Of a DNA stretch of 64,000 nucleotides, positions 44,302 through 52,662 are shown piece after piece; the first letter of the stretch is position 1; the number at the start of each line of letters is the position of its first letter. The stretch spans positions 24,633 to 88,632 of the forward strand of contig JAQWOP010000003.1 in the NCBI GenBank assembly GCA_029245795.1. Direction: 5' to 3'. Both the position numbers and the translations under genes were made by a program. Under the pieces are notes generated by a model, which saw nothing but the letters and a program-made list of their open reading frames with translations, was not told where the DNA came from and did not search any database. Source of the stretch: Hyphomicrobiales bacterium. Its GTDB lineage: Bacteria > Pseudomonadota > Alphaproteobacteria > Rhizobiales > TMED25.

Positions 44302-45615
44302 TTACTTTTGTTTTTTGAATACTTTTTTATATATAAAATCAACATGTTTTAGATGATATTCTAAGGAAAATAATTCGTTTATTTCTTCAACTTTCATTAT
44401 TTCTTTAATATCTTCATCATCCATAATAATCTTCTTGAAATCACTTCTAGTATCCCATGATTTAGAAGCATTTTTTTGAACAATCTCATAACTTTTCTCA
44501 CGACTTATACCTTTTTGAGTTAGAGATAAGAGAATTCTTTGTGAATAGATTAAACCATTTAATCTATCAAGATTCTCAGATATTCTTTCTTCATTTACAC
44601 CAATATTTTTTATGACATTACTTAGTCTTGAAATTGCAAAGTCAGTTAATATTACTGCATCGGGAGCATTGACCCTTTCTACAGATGAATGTGATATATC
44701 TCGCTCATGCCAAAGAGCAATATTTTCTTGAGCTGGAACAACCATACCTCTAATTAGTCTAGCTATTCCAGTTAAATTTTCTGTAAGGACAGGATTTCTT
44801 TTATGTGGCATTGAAGACGAACCTTTTTGACCTTTTTGGAATTGTTCTGACATTTCATCAACTTCTGTTCTTTGAAGATGTCTGATTTCAGTCGATATCC
44901 TTTCAATTGATCCTGCAATTAAACCTAATATACTAAAATAAAATGCGAATCTATCTCTGGGTATAACCTGCGTTGCAATCGTTTCTGTTTGAAGACTAAG
45001 TTTTTTTGCAACATAGATTTCAATTTCTGGATCTATATTAGCATAAGTGCCAACAGCGCCAGATAGTGAGCAAATAGAGATTTCTTTTTCTGCCTGATTC
45101 ATTCTATGTTTAGCTCTATTAAATTCTGCATATGATTGGGCAAACTTCAAGCCAATTGTTGTTGGTTCAGCATGTATTCCGTGACTTCTACCAATTGTAG
45201 GTAAATACTTATATTCATGTGCTTTGGTATATAGTTGATCAAGCAATTCCGATAAGTCATCTAAAATAATTTTAGTGGATCTTTTAAGTTGGATACACAA
45301 CGATGTATCCAAAAGATCAGAAGAAGTCATTCCCTGATGGAGATACCTAGCATCCTTCTCACCAATACATTCAGAAATGTATGTTAAGAATGCTATAACA
45401 TCATGATGAGTTTTTTTTTCAATTTCAAGGATACGATCTACATCAAAAGTAAGATTTTTGAGTTTTTTCCTAATTTTTTCTGTTAGCCCCTTTTCAACAG
45501 AACCTCTAGCTTCCATTGCTTCATGGGCAAATAGTTCAATATCAAGCCAAATACTATATTTTGACTGATCAGTCCAAATATCTGACATTATCTGTCTAGA
45601 ATATCTATTAATCAT
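44302..45615 (-). CDS. purB: Adenylosuccinate lyase
   Basis: 437 aa. Fumarate-lyase signature GSSSMPHKRNP. Confidence 0.96.
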   Translation of the reverse strand: MINRYSRQIMSDIWTDQSKYSIWLDIELFAHEAMEARGSVEKGLTEKIRKKLKNLTFDVDRILEIEKKTHHDVIAFLTYISECIGEKDARYLHQGMTSSDLLDTSLCIQLKRSTKIILDDLSELLDQLYTKAHEYKYLPTIGRSHGIHAEPTTIGLKFAQSYAEFNRAKHRMNQAEKEISICSLSGAVGTYANIDPEIEIYVAKKLSLQTETIATQVIPRDRFAFYFSILGLIAGSIERISTEIRHLQRTEVDEMSEQFQKGQKGSSSMPHKRNPVLTENLTGIARLIRGMVVPAQENIALWHERDISHSSVERVNAPDAVILTDFAISRLSNVIKNIGVNEERISENLDRLNGLIYSQRILLSLTQKGISREKSYEIVQKNASKSWDTRSDFKKIIMDDEDIKEIMKVEEINELFSLEYHLKHVDFIYKKVFKKQK

Positions 45616-45711
45616 TTCTTTAATTATTGGTTAGTTGTATTTAATAGTACAATTATTATAGAATTATGATCTTATTCATATTATTTTTTTTAATTATACA
45701 AAAAAGAATTC

Positions 45712-45741
45712 TTGTGTTTTTGATTGCAAATATTTTATAAT
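45712..45741 (+). promoter_or_regulatory. Putative promoter of the coxG-S-M-like operon (TTGTGT-N18-TATAAT)
   Basis: TTGTGT at 45712..45717 and TATAAT at 45736..45741. GGAGA Shine-Dalgarno sequence at 45753..45757, ATG at 45764. TATAAT strings are common by chance in this AT-rich DNA. Confidence 0.3.
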
Positions 45742-45763
45742 GAAATTGTCTTAGGAGATTTAT

Positions 45764-46354
45764 ATGAAACTTACCGGCGAAAACACCATTCAAGCATCAC
45801 GTTTAAAGGTCTGGGAGGCCCTGAATAGTGCTGAAGTATTAAAAGCCACTATACCTGGAGCTCAAACCGTTGAAAAGTCCTCTGATGATGAATTTAAGGC
45901 AGTTGTTGAAGTAAAGATTGGCCCTGTGAAAGCAAAATTTACAGGGAAAATAAACCTTACAGATATGGATCCACCAAAAGGATATAAGATTGTGGGACAA
46001 GGGCAAGGCGGAGCTGCTGGTTTTGCAAAGGGTTCTGCTGTGGTAAATTTGATTGAAGAAGAGACTTTCACAACAAAACTTACTTATGAAGTTGATGCTC
46101 AAGTAGGAGGTAAATTAGCGCAAGTTGGCCAAAGACTTATACAAAGTGCGTCTAAGTCTTTAGCGGATCAATTCTTTAACAATCTAGAAAACTATTTTAA
46201 TACTGATGAAGATAAGACACAGGATATTCTTGCAGAAGATATACCAAAAGAAGATGCTCAAGATAAGGTCTTGTTTTTTAATATAAAAAGAAATAAAGTT
46301 ATATTCGTTTTGATAGTTTTTTTACTTTCATTTTTATATTTCTATAATAAGTAA
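45764..46354 (+). CDS. coxG: CoxG-like SRPBCC protein (carbon monoxide dehydrogenase subunit G family) with C-terminal membrane anchor
   Basis: 196 aa. MKLTGENTIQASRLKVWEALNSAEVLKATIPG...GGAAGFAKG...GGKLAQVGQRLI is the CoxG pattern. The C-terminal VIFVLIVFLLSFLYFY is hydrophobic. Confidence 0.75.
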   Translation: MKLTGENTIQASRLKVWEALNSAEVLKATIPGAQTVEKSSDDEFKAVVEVKIGPVKAKFTGKINLTDMDPPKGYKIVGQGQGGAAGFAKGSAVVNLIEEETFTTKLTYEVDAQVGGKLAQVGQRLIQSASKSLADQFFNNLENYFNTDEDKTQDILAEDIPKEDAQDKVLFFNIKRNKVIFVLIVFLLSFLYFYNK

Positions 46355-46370
46355 ATTGAAAGGTGCAACA

Positions 46371-46829
46371 ATGACAAAAATAAATACAAGTATTAATGGT
46401 AAAATTTACTCTGACGAAGTTGAGGATAATACACTTTTAGTTGACTTTCTTCGTGAGAAATTAGGACTTACAGGGACCCATGTTGGCTGTGACACTAGCC
46501 AATGCGGAGCTTGTGTTGTTCATCTAGATGGTAATTCAGTAAAGAGTTGCACTACTTTGGCCTCTCAAGTGGAGGGAAAGGAATTGTTGACAATAGAAGG
46601 TCTTGCAAAAGATGATGATCTTCACCCCATACAAAAATCATTTCAAAACAACCACGCACTGCAATGTGGGTTTTGTACTCCCGGTCTTGTAATGAGCTCG
46701 TTGGATTTGCTTAATAAGAATAAGAATCCAAGTGAGTATGAAATAAGAGAATGGTTTGAAGGACATATCTGTAGATGCACAGGATACAAAAATATCATCA
46801 AAGCAGTACAAGAAGCTATAGCGTTGTAA
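46371..46829 (+). CDS. coxS: Molybdo-flavoenzyme small subunit, 2x[2Fe-2S] (CoxS/XdhA-N-like)
   Basis: [26 protein letters not shown]. The track start is TTG 46356; ATG 46371 preceded by AAGGTG is more likely. Confidence 0.9.
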   Translation: MTKINTSINGKIYSDEVEDNTLLVDFLREKLGLTGTHVGCDTSQCGACVVHLDGNSVKSCTTLASQVEGKELLTIEGLAKDDDLHPIQKSFQNNHALQCGFCTPGLVMSSLDLLNKNKNPSEYEIREWFEGHICRCTGYKNIIKAVQEAIAL

Positions 46830-46844
46830 TTGGTGTAATAATAA

Positions 46845-47639
46845 ATGTATAATTTTAAATATCATAAAGTGAACACAATACAAGAAGCAGTAAGTCTGTT
46901 ATCTTCTTGTGAAGATCCAAAAATTCTAGCGGGTGGGCATACTTTAATTCCAACACTGAAACAAAGACTTTCGCAACCATCTGATATTATTGATATCTCA
47001 ACTATCAAAGATTTAAGTTCAATTTCAATACAAAATAATAAACTAATGATAGGAGCATTATGCACTCATAATGACGTCTCATCATCACCAGATGTAATTT
47101 CAACTATTGATGGACTATCTGAATTAGCTAAAAAAATTGGAGATCCCCAAGTCAGACATCGGGGAACAATTGGTGGTTCTGTTGCTAACGCCGATCCTGC
47201 TGCAGACTATCCTGCAGCACTTGTTGCATTGAAGGCAGTAATACATACTTCCAAATCCACCTACCAAGCTGAGAAATTCTTTATTGATATGTTCCAAACA
47301 GCAATTGAAACAGATGAAATCATTCGAGGTATTGAGTTTGAAATTCCGATTACTTCATCGTATAAGAAATTCAAAAATCCTGCATCAGGATATGCTATGG
47401 CGGGTGTATTTATTGCAAAATTCGATAACGATATAAGAGTAGCTGTAACAGGAGCATCAAGTGTTGTATTTAGATTGAGGGAAGTTGAAGAGGCTCTCAC
47501 TAATAAATTCAATATCAGTAGTATAGAGAATATTTCTATTGATAGTTCTAACTTTAATGACGACATCCATGCCTCATCTAAATATAGAGGGAATCTTGTT
47601 AAAGTTTTAGTTGAGGAAGCAATATCTGATCTAATTTAG
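46845..47639 (+). CDS. coxM: Molybdo-flavoenzyme medium subunit, FAD-binding (CoxM-like)
   Basis: 264 aa. ILAGGHTLIPTLK, RGTIGGSVANADP (FAD_binding_5 pattern). Confidence 0.87.
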   Translation: MYNFKYHKVNTIQEAVSLLSSCEDPKILAGGHTLIPTLKQRLSQPSDIIDISTIKDLSSISIQNNKLMIGALCTHNDVSSSPDVISTIDGLSELAKKIGDPQVRHRGTIGGSVANADPAADYPAALVALKAVIHTSKSTYQAEKFFIDMFQTAIETDEIIRGIEFEIPITSSYKKFKNPASGYAMAGVFIAKFDNDIRVAVTGASSVVFRLREVEEALTNKFNISSIENISIDSSNFNDDIHASSKYRGNLVKVLVEEAISDLI

Positions 47640-47717
47640 ATTTAAGAATTCTCAATTAAGTTAATAATATTATCAAATATATTTTATATACCTATATAAA
47701 TTGTAAGGAGATAACGC

Positions 47718-48041
47718 ATGCTATCAAATGATATTGATATACTTAATATTGCAAATAAATGGAAAAATCTTGGTAAGAAAGTAGCTATTGCTACGGTTAT
47801 TCAAACTTGGGGTTCAGCCCCACGTGGAGTAGGAAGTAAGTTGGTAATTGACCAAGATGGAAATTTTGAAGGTTCTGTTTCTGGTGGTTGTGTTGAGGGA
47901 GCTGTGATAAATGAAGCTATGGAATTATTTGAAGATAGTGAACCAAAGGTTCTTGAATATGGTGTTTCTAATGAAATGGCATGGGAAGTGGGACTTGCAT
48001 GTGGTGGTACTATAAGAATTTATTTAAATGAATTAAAATAA
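47718..48041 (+). CDS. XdhC/CoxI-family Mo-cofactor insertion chaperone, N-terminal-domain protein
   Basis: 107 aa. QTWGSAPRGVGSKLVI, GSVSGGCVE. It is in the same reading frame as the next ORF, separated only by TAA AAA. Confidence 0.75.
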   Translation: MLSNDIDILNIANKWKNLGKKVAIATVIQTWGSAPRGVGSKLVIDQDGNFEGSVSGGCVEGAVINEAMELFEDSEPKVLEYGVSNEMAWEVGLACGGTIRIYLNELK

Positions 48042-48044
48042 AAA

Positions 48045-48719
48045 ATGAAAAAAGAATTATTAGAAAAAATTATAGAATCCTACGCTAATAGGCAGTCAAT
48101 CGCTTGCTTATTAAATATAGAAACTAATGAAGAAATTATTCTTAAGGCTGGTGAAAAAACAGAGAATGAAGATTTAAATGAAAAGATTTCAGAATGTATC
48201 AAGTTGGATAAAAGTAAACTTGTGACAATAAAGGATAAAGTTTATTTCATAGATGTGTATAATCCTCCACTGAAGCTAGTTATAATTGGTGCAGTGCATA
48301 TTGCCCAGCATTTAGTTTTATTTGCGCAAGGCCTAAATTTTGATTGTATCTTAATTGATCCACGGCAGGGTTTTGCGAATCATGAGCGGTTTCCTGATAT
48401 AACAATTTATAATAACTGGCCTGACGAAGTTTTGGACGAAATTGATGTTGATGAGAGAACTGCAATAGTAACTCTCACTCATGATCCTAAAATTGATGAT
48501 GTGGCTCTAAAATATGTGTTGAAAAAGAATTGTTTTTATATTGGTTCACTAGGTTCCAAAAAAACACATCAAAGCAGAATAAATAGGCTTAAAGGTGAAT
48601 ATGCAGAAGAATTTCTTAATCGTATACATGGACCTATAGGGCTTAATATTGGAGCGAGAACACCCGTAGAAATTGCACTCTCAATAATGGCTGAAATTAT
48701 TGCTAAATTAAGGGGGTGA
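48045..48719 (+). CDS. XdhC-family Rossmann-like C-terminal-domain protein
   Basis: 224 aa. LVIIGAVHIAQ, THDPKIDD, YIGSLGSKKTH. Confidence 0.75.
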   Translation: MKKELLEKIIESYANRQSIACLLNIETNEEIILKAGEKTENEDLNEKISECIKLDKSKLVTIKDKVYFIDVYNPPLKLVIIGAVHIAQHLVLFAQGLNFDCILIDPRQGFANHERFPDITIYNNWPDEVLDEIDVDERTAIVTLTHDPKIDDVALKYVLKKNCFYIGSLGSKKTHQSRINRLKGEYAEEFLNRIHGPIGLNIGARTPVEIALSIMAEIIAKLRG

Positions 48720-48726
48720 TAAAAAT

Positions 48727-50352
48727 ATGAAAATCCTTTTAAAGAAATCTATTGAATCTGAGGGGTATTTACTTTTTCATTCCGTATTTGTCAAAAAGGG
48801 AAGACTCCGAAAAGGGAAAATTATTAGTGCTGATGATATCGAAGCAATAGTTGAAGCAGGGATAAAGGAAATATATGTTGGTGAGATTGAAAGTAATGAG
48901 ATTGATGAAAATAATGCTTCGAGAGTAATTGCTCAAGCTATTTCAAGCAATAATTTTTCTCTTTCCCCTACATTTTCCGGGAAAACAAATATTACATCGA
49001 AGTATGACGGTCTTGTTCAGGTAAATGAGAGTAATGTTCTAAAAATAAATCAAATATCCTCAAATATTGCAATATCCTCTCTAAATAATCACGATATAGT
49101 CTACCGGGGAGATCATGTTTTAAGTATTAAAAGTATTTCTTATTCTGTTAAGAAATCACATTTAAATAAGATTGTTAATTTTTTAAATAAAAAAAAATTA
49201 ATAAGTTTAAAGAGATTTAAGCCATTAAAATTTGGTATCATTTACTCCAATTCTGTAAATGAAAAAGACTCATTAATAGAGAAAACCAAAAAATCAATAA
49301 GAACAAGAATCACCGATTATAACTCATCAATAATGGTTGAATGTACTTCAAATCATGATTTTAGCTCTTTAAAAGAGTCTATTGAAAAATTAATAAACAT
49401 GGACCTAGATGTGATCCTGCTCTTTTTGTCATCATCAGTATGTGATTATAATGATATTGTTCCTCAAATAATTACTAAAATTGGCGGTAAGATTAAATCA
49501 TATGGGATGCCTGTTGATCCAGGAAATCTAACACTGAGTGGTTGTTTTGGTGGCATTGAAATTATTGCTGCTGCTGGTTCAGCAAGAAGTGAATCATTAA
49601 ATGGTCTTGATTGGCATTTAAATTGTCTTCACGCAAGTATCAAGACTAATCAAAAGATGGTAAATTCTCTTGGAGTTGGTGGGTTATTGAAGGATGTTGA
49701 TTCTGCAATTAAGAGAAAAAAAATATCAAAAAAAATAGTAACCAAGAAACCTAATATTGCTGCGGTAGTTCTATGCGCTGGCGAGTCAAAGAGAATGGGT
49801 GAAATAAATAAATTACTTTTAAAAGTAAATGATAAAACCATTATAAGGAATTATGTTGAAAATATATCAAAATCTAATATATCAGAAGTTGTTATTGTTA
49901 CAGGTCATCAATCTAAAGATATTGAGTTAGAGCTTAAAAATTATGATTTAAGATTTGTTTTTAATAATGACTACAAGAAAGGAATGTCAACCTCCCTAAA
50001 GTCTGGGATTAAATCGCTTGGAAAGACTATTGATGCTGTGATGATTTGTCTTCCTGATATGCCATTGATTGGGATTTATGAAATTAATAAATTAATTGAA
50101 TATTATAATCCCTCTATCGGTAATGAAATTTGTATTGCGACTTCTCATGGGCAAAGAGGTAATCCAGTCTTGTGGGATAAGAAATATTTTAAAGCATTAA
50201 TGAATATTTCCGGTGATAAGGGAGGTAGAGATTTATTACCTACTTTTATTGATAAGGCTATTGAAGTTAATCTTGGTGAAGCTGTGGTATTCGATATTGA
50301 TACTAATGTTAGCTATGAACTAGTTAAATCAGACGGTAAAATAAATAAATAG
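48727..50352 (+). CDS. Fusion of a molybdopterin-binding (MoCF-biosynthesis-like) domain and a MocA/MobA-like nucleotidyltransferase
   Basis: 541 aa. The C-terminal ~200 aa has AAVVLCAGESKRMGEINKLLL and CLPDMPLI (MobA/MocA pattern). The N-terminal ~330 aa is less clear (MoeA/CinA-like by context). Confidence 0.7.
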   Translation: MKILLKKSIESEGYLLFHSVFVKKGRLRKGKIISADDIEAIVEAGIKEIYVGEIESNEIDENNASRVIAQAISSNNFSLSPTFSGKTNITSKYDGLVQVNESNVLKINQISSNIAISSLNNHDIVYRGDHVLSIKSISYSVKKSHLNKIVNFLNKKKLISLKRFKPLKFGIIYSNSVNEKDSLIEKTKKSIRTRITDYNSSIMVECTSNHDFSSLKESIEKLINMDLDVILLFLSSSVCDYNDIVPQIITKIGGKIKSYGMPVDPGNLTLSGCFGGIEIIAAAGSARSESLNGLDWHLNCLHASIKTNQKMVNSLGVGGLLKDVDSAIKRKKISKKIVTKKPNIAAVVLCAGESKRMGEINKLLLKVNDKTIIRNYVENISKSNISEVVIVTGHQSKDIELELKNYDLRFVFNNDYKKGMSTSLKSGIKSLGKTIDAVMICLPDMPLIGIYEINKLIEYYNPSIGNEICIATSHGQRGNPVLWDKKYFKALMNISGDKGGRDLLPTFIDKAIEVNLGEAVVFDIDTNVSYELVKSDGKINK

Positions 50353-50363
50353 TATAAAAACTC

Positions 50364-51158
50364 TCAAATATCACTAAATATCTCAAAACCATTTTTAGTA
50401 ATTCCAACTGTATGTTCAAATTGAGCTGAGAGTTCTTTATCTTTAGTTACAATAGTCCAGCCATCTGCTAATAGACGGATGTCCTTAGCTCCTGCATTGA
50501 TCATTGGCTCAATTGTAAAAATCATACCTTCTTTTAATTCATATCCATGACCTTTTTTTCCAAAATGTAAGATATTAGGATGATCATGGAATAATTGTCC
50601 AATCCCATGTCCGCAAAGGTCTTCAACAACTGAGAATCTATGGCTTTCGGCTATTTCTTGAATTTTTGACCCAATATCCCCTGTGTACACTCCAGGTTTT
50701 AATAGCCTGATACTTTCCATTAAACACTGATATGTAACATCAATCAAAATTTCTGCCTTACGAGAAACTTTTCCAACTTTAAACATTCTACTGGTATCGC
50801 CATGCCACCCATTTAATATTAGCGTGACGTCTATATTAATTATATCACCTTCCTTTAATTTTTTATTTCCAGGTATACCATGACAAATTACATTATTAAG
50901 AGATATACATGATGATGCGGGATAACCTCTATAATTTAGTGTAGCTGGAATAGAATTCTTCGATAGAGCAAAATCATATATAAGCTTATCAAGGTAATTC
51001 GTGGTTACTCCTTCAACTACAAAAGACTCAATATAATTTAAACATTGAGCTACCAACTGGCCTGCTTTTTTCATTTGAAGAAAGTCATCATTACTATAAA
51101 GTTTTATTAAGCCAATATTTTTATTTGGTGCAAGGTTTGCCTTGATATAGGAATTCAT
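50364..51158 (-). CDS. map: Methionine aminopeptidase, type I
   Basis: 264 aa. ICHGIPG, DVTLILNGWHGDTSRMF, CGHGIG, FTIEPM, SAQFEHTV. Confidence 0.96.
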   Translation of the reverse strand: MNSYIKANLAPNKNIGLIKLYSNDDFLQMKKAGQLVAQCLNYIESFVVEGVTTNYLDKLIYDFALSKNSIPATLNYRGYPASSCISLNNVICHGIPGNKKLKEGDIINIDVTLILNGWHGDTSRMFKVGKVSRKAEILIDVTYQCLMESIRLLKPGVYTGDIGSKIQEIAESHRFSVVEDLCGHGIGQLFHDHPNILHFGKKGHGYELKEGMIFTIEPMINAGAKDIRLLADGWTIVTKDKELSAQFEHTVGITKNGFEIFSDI

Positions 51159-51197
51159 ATCTTTTAAAAATAATTTATTATTAATCTAGCATTCATT

Positions 51198-51236
51198 TAT
51201 TAAGTATAATAAAAAATATTTTTATTATACTTAATA
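51198..51236. repeat. 39-bp palindrome: perfect 18-bp arms (TATTAAGTATAATAAAAA / TTTTTATTATACTTAATA) around a 3-nt centre
   Basis: Read directly: arms 51198..51215 and 51219..51236 are perfect reverse complements. Each arm carries a TATAAT hexamer (plus strand 51205..51210, minus strand 51229..51224). It sits in the 126-nt divergent map/cinA spacer. Confidence 0.85.
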
Positions 51237-51284
51237 TAATATATAAAGAATATTATTATTAATATACACATTATTGGATAAAAT

Positions 51285-52031
51285 ATGACAGATATTACAG
51301 CCTCCATAATTGTAATCGGTGATGAGATCTTATCAGGTAGAACTAAAGATAAGAATATTGGTTACATTGCAGAATTATTGACAAAAATTGGGGTAAATGT
51401 AATGGAAGTTAGAGTAGTTCCTGATAAAGAAGAAAAAATTATTAATACTCTAAATCAACTTAGAAAAGAATATACATATGTGTTAACTACAGGCGGTATA
51501 GGGCCAACCCATGATGCTCTAACAGCCGATTGTGTGGCAAAGGCATTTAATGTTGAAATATCCGAAAATAATGAGGCAATTAAGATGCTTTTAGAGAGAA
51601 TACCTTTAAAAGATTTGAATGATTCAAGAAGAAGAATGGCTAGAATTCCCCACGGAGCAAAGCTTATCGAAAATAGTGTTTCAAAAGCACCCGGATTTCA
51701 GATAGGGAATGTATTTGTAATGGCTGGTGTTCCAACAGTAATGCAAGCAATGCTTGATGTCATAATCAAAAGAATGGAAACGGGTCAAAAATTATTTAGC
51801 TGTAATATTTTGACTGATATAAAAGAAGGGGACATTGCAGATATTCTAAGGTCAATTCAAGGTAGAACTGAAACTGTAAGTATAGGTTCATATCCCTATT
51901 ATAATGATAATGGTTATGGAGCAAATATTGTGTGTAGAGGTAAAAATATTGATGAACTCAAAAGTATTGCAAGTATAATAAAAAATGATTTATCAGAAAT
52001 TGGGAATGTAGAAATTGGGGAGATTTTATAA
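51285..52031 (+). CDS. CinA-like molybdopterin-binding (MoCF_biosynth) domain protein
   Basis: 248 aa. IIVIGDEILSGRTKDKN, LTTGGIGPTHDA. Confidence 0.8.
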   Translation: MTDITASIIVIGDEILSGRTKDKNIGYIAELLTKIGVNVMEVRVVPDKEEKIINTLNQLRKEYTYVLTTGGIGPTHDALTADCVAKAFNVEISENNEAIKMLLERIPLKDLNDSRRRMARIPHGAKLIENSVSKAPGFQIGNVFVMAGVPTVMQAMLDVIIKRMETGQKLFSCNILTDIKEGDIADILRSIQGRTETVSIGSYPYYNDNGYGANIVCRGKNIDELKSIASIIKNDLSEIGNVEIGEIL

Positions 52032-52033
52032 AT

Positions 52034-52543
52034 ATGGAAAATAATGAAATAAGTTCAAAGTTATTTCCAGTTTCATGGGATCAATTTCATAGAGATTCAA
52101 AGGCGCTTGCCTGGAGACTTGCAGATAAGGGTAATTGGTCGGCTATTATCGCCGTAACCAGAGGAGGTCTAGTTCCAGCTGCAATTATTGCAAGAGAATT
52201 GAATATAAGAGTAATTGAGACAGTTTGTGTTAGCTCATATTCACCAGATCACAGAAGAGGAGATATAAAAGTTTTAAAGAAAATTAATGATAAGCTCCTT
52301 TTAGAGAACAACTTTGAAGCAAGTTCAATTTTATGTATAGATGATCTAGTTGATACTGGTGCTACTATGACAGTTGTAAAAAAATTAGTTCCAGATGCAC
52401 ATGTTGCAACTGTTTATGCAAAGCCAGAAGGTTTAATTAATGTCGATACATACATAACCGAGGTTAGCCAAGATACATGGATTTATTTTCCATGGGATAC
52501 GGAGTTACAATTTGTACCTCCAATTAATCCAAGTGGCGTATAA
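52034..52543 (+). CDS. gpt: Xanthine-guanine phosphoribosyltransferase
   Basis: 169 aa. FPVSWDQFHRDSKALAWRL, PRPP motif ILCIDDLVDTGATM, YFPWD. Confidence 0.9.
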   Translation: MENNEISSKLFPVSWDQFHRDSKALAWRLADKGNWSAIIAVTRGGLVPAAIIARELNIRVIETVCVSSYSPDHRRGDIKVLKKINDKLLLENNFEASSILCIDDLVDTGATMTVVKKLVPDAHVATVYAKPEGLINVDTYITEVSQDTWIYFPWDTELQFVPPINPSGV

Positions 52544-52565
52544 GTAGGATGAATAATTATAATAA

Positions 52566-52652
52566 GCGGACGTGGTGGAATAGGTAGACACAAGAGACTT
52601 AAAATCTCTCGGAGGTTACTCCGTGCCGGTTCGAGTCCGGCCGTCCGCACCA
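52566..52652 (+). tRNA. tRNA-Leu (anticodon UAA), CCA encoded
   Basis: Folded by hand. Acceptor GCGGACG/CGTCCGC. D arm GTG-GAATAGGTAGA-CAC. Anticodon arm AGAGA-CTTAAAA-TCTCT. Long variable arm CGGAGGTTACTCCGT. T arm GCCGG-TTCGAGT-CCGGC. Discriminator A, then CCA. Confidence 0.96.
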
Positions 52653-52662
52653 AATTAATTAT

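Noticed and set aside
45616-45763. Purine riboswitch or other structured leader upstream of purB; the same was considered upstream of cysE (54040..54205), folE (56358..56506) and thrS (57232..57300)
   Set aside because: These spacers are almost pure A/T and have no G/C-containing helices able to form the conserved junction structures. I could find no conserved riboswitch core strings.
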